The position numbers and the translations under genes are program-made. Below, piece by piece: positions 1-6,880 of a DNA stretch of 64,000 bases (position 1 is the first letter of the stretch; each line of letters opens with the position of its first letter). The DNA is from Tenacibaculum sp. (GTDB taxonomy: Bacteria > Bacteroidota > Bacteroidia > Flavobacteriales > Flavobacteriaceae): positions 1,275 through 65,274 of the forward strand of contig JAHDDQ010000006.1 in NCBI GenBank assembly GCA_020629275.1, written 5' to 3'. Under the pieces are notes generated by a model. The model worked only from the letters and a program-made list of their open reading frames with translations. It ran no database searches and had not been told where the DNA came from.

Positions 1-1
1 T

Positions 2-1507
2 AGGAGATGGTTGAGTATTGGTATATTACAGAGAGAGTCTAAAGATTTTTTAGGAAGCGAAATTAGTTTAATTGAAAGTCTCAAATATATTGAGCCTATA
101 AAATCATATAAATATTTAGTAAGTATTTATAATAATTTAGGTTTGGTTTCATTAGAACTAAATCAAAAAGAAGAAACCCTAAGGTATTACGATTTATCTC
201 TTGGAACAAATGAGTTAACTAGTAAATCAAAAAGGAAGGAAACAAGTTATTTATACATAATAAATAATATAGGTCTCTTATATCAAAAAGAAAACCAACA
301 TAAAAAAGCTTTAGAATATTTTAATAAAGGATTAAAGTTTGACAGTATAAAATTTAAATATCCGTCGCAATATGCATTATTGTTAGAGAACTTAACATTT
401 AGTAAATCCATTTTAAGTCAAGGAAATCTCGTTTTAGAACATTATGAAGAGGTCTTAAGAATTAGGAAGGAAGAAAAGGTTTTTCAGAGTATAAGCACTA
501 CCCACCTAAACATTGCAAACTATTATAATGATAAAAAGCAACTGCAAAAAGCAAAATTCCATGCAAACGAAGCTCTAAAGTTTGCAAAACAAACTCACAA
601 TAATAAACGTTGGTTAGAAGCATTACAATTACTTTCTAATTTAACAGTAGGAAATCAGTCTAGAGAGTATCTTCAAGAATATATTGTATTAAACGATAGT
701 TTATTTGATCAAGAACGTAGACTGAAAAATCAGTTTGCTAAGATTAGATACGAAACAGAGAAGAAGGAAAAAGAGAATACGTTTTTAAAAACAGAAAACT
801 ATAAAGAACGACAACAAAAAACAATAGGTTGGCTAGTTTCTACAGTTTTTTTTCTGTTTTTAATTTCTAGTATTTTATTTTTTACTTTTAGAAGAAAGAA
901 GTTATTATTTCAGGCACAATTACAAAAAGCAGAAGTTCGTGAACAGGAGCGACGCCAAATTGCTAAATCATTACACGATGAAGTAGCAGGAGATTTAAGG
1001 TTATTACACCATAAACTAGAAAAATCAGAATTACTACCTGAAGCAAAAAAACTAGCATTAGTAAAAGATAATGTGCGCAATTTATCACATCAATTAAGTA
1101 GCGTTAGTTTTGAAGAAGTACCTTTTAAAGACCAAATCATAAATCTAGTAAGCGATTATTATACCCCAGGCTTTATTATAAAAGTAAATGGTTTGAAAGA
1201 ATACAATTGGTTTAATGTAAATAAATCAATAAAAAGATTACTGTATTTAAGTGTTCGGGAGAGTATCCAAAATTGTCAAAAACACGCAAAGGCAACGAAA
1301 ATGACGATTCACTTTTCGATACATAAAAAATCTGTATTTTTGGATATTATTGACAATGGTGTTGGTTTCGATACAGAAACCCACAAAAAAGGAATTGGTT
1401 TACAAAATTTACAAGAACGAGTTGAGGAGTTAAATGGAAATTTAACTATTGAAAGTGAAGTAAAAAATGGAACCAAAATAAACATCCAAATTCCATCAAA
1501 TGCCTGA
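2..1507 (+). CDS. TPR-repeat membrane sensor histidine kinase (HisKA_3/HATPase_c), 5' end outside the window
   Basis: Frame is open to the window edge. TPR-like repeats (YNNLGLV, INNIGLLY, HLNIANYY), one TM segment (IGWLVSTVFFLFLISSILFFTF), H-box ERRQIAKSLHDEVAG, and DNGVGFD/GIGL ATPase motifs. Confidence 0.92.
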   Translation, partial: RRWLSIGILQRESKDFLGSEISLIESLKYIEPIKSYKYLVSIYNNLGLVSLELNQKEETLRYYDLSLGTNELTSKSKRKETSYLYIINNIGLLYQKENQHKKALEYFNKGLKFDSIKFKYPSQYALLLENLTFSKSILSQGNLVLEHYEEVLRIRKEEKVFQSISTTHLNIANYYNDKKQLQKAKFHANEALKFAKQTHNNKRWLEALQLLSNLTVGNQSREYLQEYIVLNDSLFDQERRLKNQFAKIRYETEKKEKENTFLKTENYKERQQKTIGWLVSTVFFLFLISSILFFTFRRKKLLFQAQLQKAEVREQERRQIAKSLHDEVAGDLRLLHHKLEKSELLPEAKKLALVKDNVRNLSHQLSSVSFEEVPFKDQIINLVSDYYTPGFIIKVNGLKEYNWFNVNKSIKRLLYLSVRESIQNCQKHAKATKMTIHFSIHKKSVFLDIIDNGVGFDTETHKKGIGLQNLQERVEELNGNLTIESEVKNGTKINIQIPSNA

Positions 1508-2177
1508 AGAAATAAAAATTCTTATAGTTGACGATCACCAACTCATTATAGAAGGTATACTATCTTATTTAAAAGATATTCCAAACCTAGTTATTGAAAC
1601 AACAAATTCTTGCGATGATGCATTATCAAAAATTAAAGTAGCATTAACTGAAAAACCTTTTCAGATTATGTTTACCGATTTAAGTTTTGACAATGTAAGT
1701 GGAAACTCTAGAATTGATAGTGGCGAAAACCTAATAAAAGAAATTCGTAAACAAAAAATACCAATACAAGTAGGAGTAATTACAGGACATTCTGAAACAA
1801 ATAGAATTTTCTATGTTATTCAAAACTTAAAACCATCTGCTTATTTATTAAAAGGAAAATGCAATACCAATGAATTAAACTTTGCTATTCAAAAAATGCT
1901 GGGAGATGAAACGTATTATACACACGAGATTCATCAAAAATTATTGAAAAGAGCTCTAATTGAAATTCAGATGGATGATGTTGCCATTCAAATTTTAAAA
2001 GAACTTCCAAATCACCCAAAGATTAGTAATTTAGAAGGTGTGATAAAAAAAGAAGATGGTAGTTTATTGAAAATAAGATCTATAGAAAATAAACTTGCAA
2101 AATTAAGAACAGATCTACAAGCAAATAATAACACCGATTTAGTATTAAAAGCAAAGGAACTAGGAATTCTAGATTAA
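1500..2177 (+). CDS. NarL/FixJ-type response regulator (receiver + LuxR-like HTH)
   Basis: ILIVDDHQL receiver start, FTDLSF phosphoacceptor, C-terminal RSIENKLAKLRTDLQANNNTDLVLKAKELGIL. Overlaps the kinase stop. Confidence 0.92.
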   Translation: MPEEIKILIVDDHQLIIEGILSYLKDIPNLVIETTNSCDDALSKIKVALTEKPFQIMFTDLSFDNVSGNSRIDSGENLIKEIRKQKIPIQVGVITGHSETNRIFYVIQNLKPSAYLLKGKCNTNELNFAIQKMLGDETYYTHEIHQKLLKRALIEIQMDDVAIQILKELPNHPKISNLEGVIKKEDGSLLKIRSIENKLAKLRTDLQANNNTDLVLKAKELGILD

Positions 2178-2183
2178 TCGCTT

Positions 2184-2249
2184 TGCGGAAAACCACATTT
2201 TTCATTTCGGAAATCCCCTTTTAAGGCTACGCTTATAGCAATACATTTG
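2184..2249 (+). promoter_or_regulatory. Unit 1 promoter: paired TGCGG-W4-CCGCA-like boxes plus -7 element
   Basis: tgcggaaaaccaca (2184-2197), ttcggaaatcccct (2206-2219), TAcaTTTG (2242-2249). Confidence 0.8.
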
Positions 2250-2253
2250 TATC

Positions 2254-2347
2254 AGATTAATTAGGTGGTTCACCTGGGGGAAGAATTACTGAAAAGGATA
2301 AGAAAGAAAGTTAAACCTTTTAAACGTTAAGTTTAAAGGGTTTTTTT
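2254..2347 (+). ncRNA. Putative small RNA 1 (divergent member), ends approximate
   Basis: Lies between the -7 element and a terminator. taatt/aatta closing stem, aggtg/cacct hairpin, unpaired GGGGGA. No ORF. Confidence 0.6.
2313..2347 (+). terminator. Intrinsic terminator, unit 1
   Basis: aaaccttttaaac-gttaa-gtttaaagggttt followed by a T tract. Confidence 0.8.
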
Positions 2348-2354
2348 ATGTTTT

Positions 2355-2420
2355 TGCGGAAAACCACATTTTTTATTGCGGAAAACCCCTTTTTATAGTT
2401 GTGGGTTTATATTAGATTTG
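2355..2420 (+). promoter_or_regulatory. Unit 2 promoter: paired boxes plus -7 element
   Basis: tgcggaaaaccaca (2355-2368), tgcggaaaacccct (2377-2390), TAgaTTTG (2413-2420). Confidence 0.82.
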
Positions 2421-2423
2421 AAA

Positions 2424-2514
2424 TGTGTGATCATCCGGCAATACTAGAAATAGGATGAAAACAATTTAGGGGATTATATAACCTTCTGGATATTAAATAT
2501 CTAGAAGGTTTTTT
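2424..2514 (+). ncRNA. Putative small RNA 2, including its terminator (2480-2514)
   Basis: catcc/ggatg hairpin, AGGGGATTAT motif, terminator aaccttctggatat-taa-atatctagaaggtt-tttt. Confidence 0.68.
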
Positions 2515-2537
2515 GTTTGTATTGTGTTTATGTTAGT

Positions 2538-2603
2538 TGCGGAAAATTGCATAAATTCTTGCGGAAAACCCTTTTGTTTAGGTGTGACTTAGGTATACCT
2601 TTG
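2538..2603 (+). promoter_or_regulatory. Unit 3 promoter: paired boxes, -33 TTTG, -7 element
   Basis: tgcggaaaattgca (2538-2551), tgcggaaaaccctt (2560-2573), TTTG 2573-2576, 19-nt spacer, TAccTTTG 2596-2603. Confidence 0.82.
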
Positions 2604-2607
2604 ACTT

Positions 2608-2697
2608 GTTAATCATCCAGAATAACTAAAGAAGGGTGAAAAGACATTTTAGGGGATTATATGGCCTTCTAGATACTGAGTATCTAGAAGGTTTTTT
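2608..2697 (+). ncRNA. Putative small RNA 3, including its terminator (2664-2697)
   Basis: taat/atta closing stem, catcc/gggtg hairpin, AGGGGATTAT, terminator gccttctagatac-tga-gtatctagaaggt-ttttt. Confidence 0.68.
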
Positions 2698-2720
2698 GTT
2701 TGTATTGTGTTTATGTTAGT

Positions 2721-2786
2721 TGCGGAAAATTGCATAAATTCCTGCGGAAAACCCTTTTATTTAGATGTGACTTAGGTATACCTTTG
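2721..2786 (+). promoter_or_regulatory. Unit 4 promoter: paired boxes plus -7 element
   Basis: Boxes 2721-2734 and 2743-2756, TAccTTTG 2779-2786. Confidence 0.82.
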
Positions 2787-2790
2787 ACTT

Positions 2791-2880
2791 GTTAATCATC
2801 CAGAATAACTAAAGAAGGGTGAAAAGACATTTTAGGGGATTATATGGCCTTCTAGATACTGAGTATCTAGAAGGTTTTTT
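2791..2880 (+). ncRNA. Putative small RNA 4 (identical to sRNA 3), terminator 2847-2880
   Basis: Same sequence and structure as unit 3. Confidence 0.68.
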
Positions 2881-2903
2881 GTTTGTATTGTGTTTATGTT
2901 AGT

Positions 2904-2969
2904 TGCGGAAAATTGCATAAATTCCTGCGGAAAACCCTTTTATTTAGATGTGACTTAGGTATACCTTTG
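2904..2969 (+). promoter_or_regulatory. Unit 5 promoter: paired boxes plus -7 element
   Basis: Boxes 2904-2917 and 2926-2939, TAccTTTG 2962-2969. Confidence 0.82.
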
Positions 2970-2973
2970 ACTT

Positions 2974-3058
2974 GTTAATCATCCAGAATAACTAAAGAAG
3001 GGTGAAAAAACAATTGGGGATTATATAGCCTTCTAGATTTTATCTAGAAGGTTTTTTT
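2974..3058 (+). ncRNA. Putative small RNA 5, terminator 3028-3058
   Basis: 5' half as in units 3/4, TGGGGATTAT motif, terminator gccttctagat-ttt-atctagaaggt-tttttt. Confidence 0.68.
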
Positions 3059-3105
3059 ATGATTGTACTCTAGAATCAATTAAGGGTGATTATCCTTATA
3101 ATGAT

Positions 3106-3172
3106 TGCGGAAAATTGCATGTAAACCTGCGGATATCCCCTTTGTAATCACTGGTAAACGATAGTATATTTG
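3106..3172 (+). promoter_or_regulatory. Unit 6 promoter (drives small peptide gene)
   Basis: tgcggaaaattgca (3106-3119), tgcggatatcccct (3128-3141), TTTG 3141-3144, TAtaTTTG 3165-3172. Confidence 0.8.
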
Positions 3173-3219
3173 TACAACTAATTATTTAACTATTAAGGGA
3201 TTATTAAAAATTAAAGAAA

Positions 3220-3321
3220 ATGGGACAAATTTTACTTACAAAGACAAAGAGGGTTTTAAAGAATTTTTTATCAGCACTTATAGAGTGTGGTAAAGGAGCT
3301 AGCTATGCGATTCAGCACTAG
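3220..3321 (+). CDS. 33-aa peptide MGQILLTKTKRVLKNFLSALIECGKGASYAIQH (not in ORF track)
   Basis: A-rich initiation context (ttaaagaaaATG), own promoter and terminator, C-terminal similarity to the paralog at 3482. Confidence 0.75.
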   Translation: MGQILLTKTKRVLKNFLSALIECGKGASYAIQH

Positions 3322-3343
3322 TAAAAATTAACCAAAGAAGAAG

Positions 3344-3372
3344 AAGCGTTTCCTATTAGGAAGCGCTTTTTT
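3344..3372 (+). terminator. Intrinsic terminator after peptide 1
   Basis: aagcgtttcct-att-aggaagcgctt followed by tttt. Confidence 0.8.
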
Positions 3373-3481
3373 AGTATAATAAAAATAATATTAAATATGG
3401 TATCCCACAAAAATTGCAAGACAAGGTAGGGTAAAAGTTAATTGAGTTGTTTTAGATATGTAAATTGATAAACGGGATATT

Positions 3482-3592
3482 ATGAACACATTAAGAACAA
3501 AAAACAAAACAAGAATGATTATTTTATTCAACCGATTTAATAAATTATTAGTTGAATTTGGAGAAGCAGCAAGTTATGCGATTCACCACTAA
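3482..3592 (+). CDS. 36-aa peptide MNTLRTKNKTRMIILFNRFNKLLVEFGEAASYAIHH (not in ORF track; alternative start Met12)
   Basis: Paralog of 3220-3321 sharing L[IV]E[CF]G[KE][GA]ASYAI[QH]H-stop. Followed by a terminator. Confidence 0.72.
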   Translation: MNTLRTKNKTRMIILFNRFNKLLVEFGEAASYAIHH

Positions 3593-3607
3593 TAATTAGG
3601 GATAATG

Positions 3608-3636
3608 AAAAGCAATCGATAACAGATTGCTTTTTT
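3608..3636. terminator. Bidirectional terminator between peptide 2 and the acyl-CoA dehydrogenase gene
   Basis: aaaagcaatc-gataaca-gattgctttt-tt. Confidence 0.8.
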
Positions 3637-4798
3637 ATTTAAAGGCATTCAATCCAGTAATTAATAAATGTACATCATGTGTTCCTTCGTAAGTAATAAC
3701 ACTTTCTAAATTCATCGCATGTCTCATAATTGAGTATTCACCAGAAATGCCCATGGCTCCTAAAATTTGACGAGCTTCTCTAGCTATTTGTAATGCCATT
3801 TCAACATTATTCCTTTTAGCCATAGAAATTTGAGCAGAAGTCGCGTTTCCATTATCTTTCAAAACACCTAATCTCCACGCTAATAATTGAGCTTTAGTAA
3901 TTTCAGTAATCATTTCTGCTAACTTTTTTTGCTGTAATTGAAACTGACCAATAGGTTTTCCGAATTGAGTACGTTCTTTCGCATAACGTAAAGCAGTATC
4001 GTAACAGTCCATTGCAGCGCCAATTGCACCCCAAGCTATTCCGTAACGAGCATGATCTAAACATTTTAGAGGAGCACTTAATCCAGATTTGTTGGGTAAT
4101 AAATTTTCTTTCGGAACTTTAACATTATCAAAAATTAATTCACCAGTAATTGAAGCTCTTAGCGACCATTTATTTTTTGTTTCAGGAGTAGAGAATCCTT
4201 CCATGCCACGTTCAACTAATAAACCATGAATTCTACCTTCTTCATTTTTAGCCCAAACAACAGCAACATCACAAATAGGCGCATTAGAAATCCACATTTT
4301 TGCTCCGTTTAATATATAATGGTCACCCATGTCTTTAAATTTGGTTTCCATTCCACCAGGATTAGATCCATGATTAGGTTCAGTTAAGCCAAAACTACCA
4401 ATCCATTCACCAGAAGCTAATTTGGGTAAATATTTTTTACGTTGTGTTTCGTTACCATAATTGTATATAGGTCCCATTACCAAAGAGGTTTGTACAGAGG
4501 CGGTGGATCTAATACCACTATCACCACGTTCTAATTCTTGCATGATTAATCCGTAAGAGATTTGATCTAAACCAGCACCTCCATATTCAGACGGAATATA
4601 TGAGCCAAAAGCACCTACTTCTGCCATTCCGCTAACAAGTTGTTTAGGAAATTCAGATTTTTGAGCAAAGTCTTCAACAATTGGAGAGAGATTTCTTTTA
4701 ACCCAAGTTCTTGCGGTATCCCTAATAAGTTTGTGTTCATTAGTTAATAAGTCATCAATACAATAATAATCTGGAGCTTGAAATAGATCAGGTTTCAT
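3635..4798 (-). CDS. gcdH: Acyl-CoA dehydrogenase, glutaryl-CoA dehydrogenase-like
   Basis: FGLTEPNHGSNPG, ERTQFGKPIG, NLESVITYEGTHDVH motifs. Confidence 0.88.
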   Translation of the reverse strand: MKPDLFQAPDYYCIDDLLTNEHKLIRDTARTWVKRNLSPIVEDFAQKSEFPKQLVSGMAEVGAFGSYIPSEYGGAGLDQISYGLIMQELERGDSGIRSTASVQTSLVMGPIYNYGNETQRKKYLPKLASGEWIGSFGLTEPNHGSNPGGMETKFKDMGDHYILNGAKMWISNAPICDVAVVWAKNEEGRIHGLLVERGMEGFSTPETKNKWSLRASITGELIFDNVKVPKENLLPNKSGLSAPLKCLDHARYGIAWGAIGAAMDCYDTALRYAKERTQFGKPIGQFQLQQKKLAEMITEITKAQLLAWRLGVLKDNGNATSAQISMAKRNNVEMALQIAREARQILGAMGISGEYSIMRHAMNLESVITYEGTHDVHLLITGLNAFK

Positions 4799-4867
4799 AC
4801 AAATATGATTTTTTCAAAAATAACTAAAAAAAGAAATAGTATTGTTAGTTTGCGTATGTTTGTACTA

Positions 4868-5251
4868 ATGAAGTTTACCTTAGGCAAAGAAGAGCGATTA
4901 AAGAGCAAAAAACTTATAGAACGATTATATACAGAAGGAGAATCCATTAAAAGTTTTCCTTTACGAATGGTTTTTTTACAAACCGAGCACACTTCAGCAT
5001 ATCCTACACAAGTAGGAGTATCAGTACCAAAAAGAAATTTTAAAAAAGCGGTAGACAGAAATAGGATTAAACGATTGTTAAGAGAAGTATATCGTAAAGA
5101 GAAGTATATGGTATATTCAGAAGTTGATAAACCTTATGTGTATATGATTTCTTATCTTGCAAAAGATGAGTGGAAGTACGTTGATTTAGAACGTAAAATG
5201 AAAAAATTACTAACTTTATTTATTGAAAAAGTTTCTGAAAATGAGAAGTAG
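4868..5251 (+). CDS. rnpA: Ribonuclease P protein component
   Basis: MKFTLGKEERLKS start, SVPKRNFKKAVDRNRIKRLLRE RNR motif. Start moved to ATG 4868. Confidence 0.95.
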   Translation: MKFTLGKEERLKSKKLIERLYTEGESIKSFPLRMVFLQTEHTSAYPTQVGVSVPKRNFKKAVDRNRIKRLLREVYRKEKYMVYSEVDKPYVYMISYLAKDEWKYVDLERKMKKLLTLFIEKVSENEK

Positions 5252-6869
5252 AAAAACGATAATTATAGCAGTAGTTGGATTGAGCATAATCTCTTTATCT
5301 TTTCAATCTCGTTTTTTTGAGATTGCCAAGCAAATAGAAATTTATAATAATCTCTATAAGGTTCTTAACATGAATTATATAGATGAAATTAATCCAGGAG
5401 AAATTACTACAAAGGCAATAAACAATACGCTAAAAAACCTTGATCCTTACACACGTTTTTATAATGAACAGCAAGTTGAAGATGCTAAGATCAGAAGAGA
5501 AGGTGAGTATGGAGGTGTAGGAATATCTTCGAGATACACAAAAAAAGGAATCATGGTTGTTTCCGTTAAAGAAGGTTACCCAGCAGATAAAGTTGGGTTA
5601 AAACCGGGAGATATTATTACCATTGTAAACAAACAAAAGTTAGAAGGCTTAGAAAGAGATCAGTTGTCGCAAGTATTAAAAGGAATACCTGGAACTAAAG
5701 TAAGTATAACGGTAGTTAGAGCAAAAAAAGTTCTTGAATTAGATTTAAAATTAGATAAAATTATCGATAATCCTGTACCTTTTTTTGATATGATAAATAA
5801 GGAAACAGGGTATGTTATTTTGACACGCTTTACTACTAGAAAATCAACAGACGAACTTCGAAAAGCAATTGTTGATATGAAAGGTAAAGGGTTAAAAAAG
5901 TTAGTACTCGATTTACGAAGTAATCCAGGAGGATCATTATTCGATGCAGTAAATATTACTAATTTATTTATCCCTGCTGGAAAGAAAGTAGTAGACACAA
6001 GAGGGAAAACGAGAAAAAACTCGAGAACCTATAAAACAAATCAAGAACCTATTGCTACAGATATGCCTGTTGTTGTTTTAATTGATGGTAGATCGGCATC
6101 TGCATCAGAGATTGTTTCTGGAGCATTACAAGATTATGATAGAGCCGTTGTTTTAGGAGAACGTTCTTTTGGTAAAGGCTTAGTGCAGCGTTATTTTAAC
6201 CTTAACTACGGAACGCAAATGAAAGCAACTATCTCTAAATATTACACACCAAGCGGAAGATGTATACAAGAGCTAGATTATGCTAATCGTGATTGGAAGA
6301 CAGGGAAGGTTCCTAAATTTTCAGACGGCCCAGTGAGCTCATTTACTACAACGAATGGTAGAAAGGTATTTGATGGTGGCGGTGTTATGCCAGACGTTAA
6401 AATAAAGCAATCAAAAAAAACAGACGAAACAAAACGTTTATTAGGATCTAGAGCTATTTTTAATTTTGCTACAGAATATGTGAGAAAGACTACAAAGCCA
6501 GATTTAATGAATTTCTCTTTTACGTCTTCAAACTTTAATGAATTTAAAAAATACCTTAAAAATGAAGATACTACGTTTGTAACTAAACAAGAAAGATTAT
6601 TTAAAAAAGCATATAAATCAGTGCCAGGAAACACGATGATTTCGGCTGAATATACTGCGATTTTGAATAAATTGAAGAATGATAAAGTTCAGCAAATAAG
6701 CAAAAATGAAGATATTATTTCATTAAAAATTGAAGATGAAATACTCTCACAATATTTTTATAAGAAAGGAGTTTATCAATATCATCTTAAAAACGATGAA
6801 ACTATTAAAACAGCGGTTAATTTACTAAACGATTCTATCCGTTATAATAAAATTTTAGGAAATAAGTAA
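5241..6869 (+). CDS. S41 carboxy-terminal processing protease (PDZ + S41)
   Basis: LDPYT, LDLRSNPGG, SASASEIVSGALQD, SFGKGLVQ motifs. Confidence 0.93.
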   Translation: MRSRKTIIIAVVGLSIISLSFQSRFFEIAKQIEIYNNLYKVLNMNYIDEINPGEITTKAINNTLKNLDPYTRFYNEQQVEDAKIRREGEYGGVGISSRYTKKGIMVVSVKEGYPADKVGLKPGDIITIVNKQKLEGLERDQLSQVLKGIPGTKVSITVVRAKKVLELDLKLDKIIDNPVPFFDMINKETGYVILTRFTTRKSTDELRKAIVDMKGKGLKKLVLDLRSNPGGSLFDAVNITNLFIPAGKKVVDTRGKTRKNSRTYKTNQEPIATDMPVVVLIDGRSASASEIVSGALQDYDRAVVLGERSFGKGLVQRYFNLNYGTQMKATISKYYTPSGRCIQELDYANRDWKTGKVPKFSDGPVSSFTTTNGRKVFDGGGVMPDVKIKQSKKTDETKRLLGSRAIFNFATEYVRKTTKPDLMNFSFTSSNFNEFKKYLKNEDTTFVTKQERLFKKAYKSVPGNTMISAEYTAILNKLKNDKVQQISKNEDIISLKIEDEILSQYFYKKGVYQYHLKNDETIKTAVNLLNDSIRYNKILGNK

Positions 6870-6880
6870 GTAATACTACA

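Larger units (their letters stand above)
2498..3008. repeat. Near-perfect 183-bp tandem repeat, ~2.8 copies
   Basis: Period 183 (ttgcggaaaattgc at 2537, 2720, 2903). I count three substitutions between copies 1 and 2. Copies 2 and 3 are identical up to 3008. Confidence 0.97.

Noticed and set aside
2609-2647. Antisense 12-aa ORF MSFHPSLVILDD (type I toxin-antitoxin idea)
   Set aside because: Present only in the near-identical copies, out of frame in unit 2, absent in unit 1, and no minus-strand promoter seen. Not fully excluded without Ribo-seq.
2636-2719. 27-aa GTG-start ORF (MKRHFRGLYGLLDTEYLEGFLFVLCLC) in units 3 and 4
   Set aside because: It runs through the terminator, and the frame is not kept in unit 2 (MKTI*) or unit 5 (MKKQLGII*).
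2184-3058. MITE/REP or insertion-sequence origin of the array
   Set aside because: No terminal inverted repeats, target duplications or transposase. The conserved parts are promoter-positioned motifs.
2184-3141. CRISPR array interpretation of the repeats
   Set aside because: The period is ~170-200 bp, intervening sequences are homologous or identical rather than unique spacers, each unit has promoter and terminator signals, and no cas genes are in the window.
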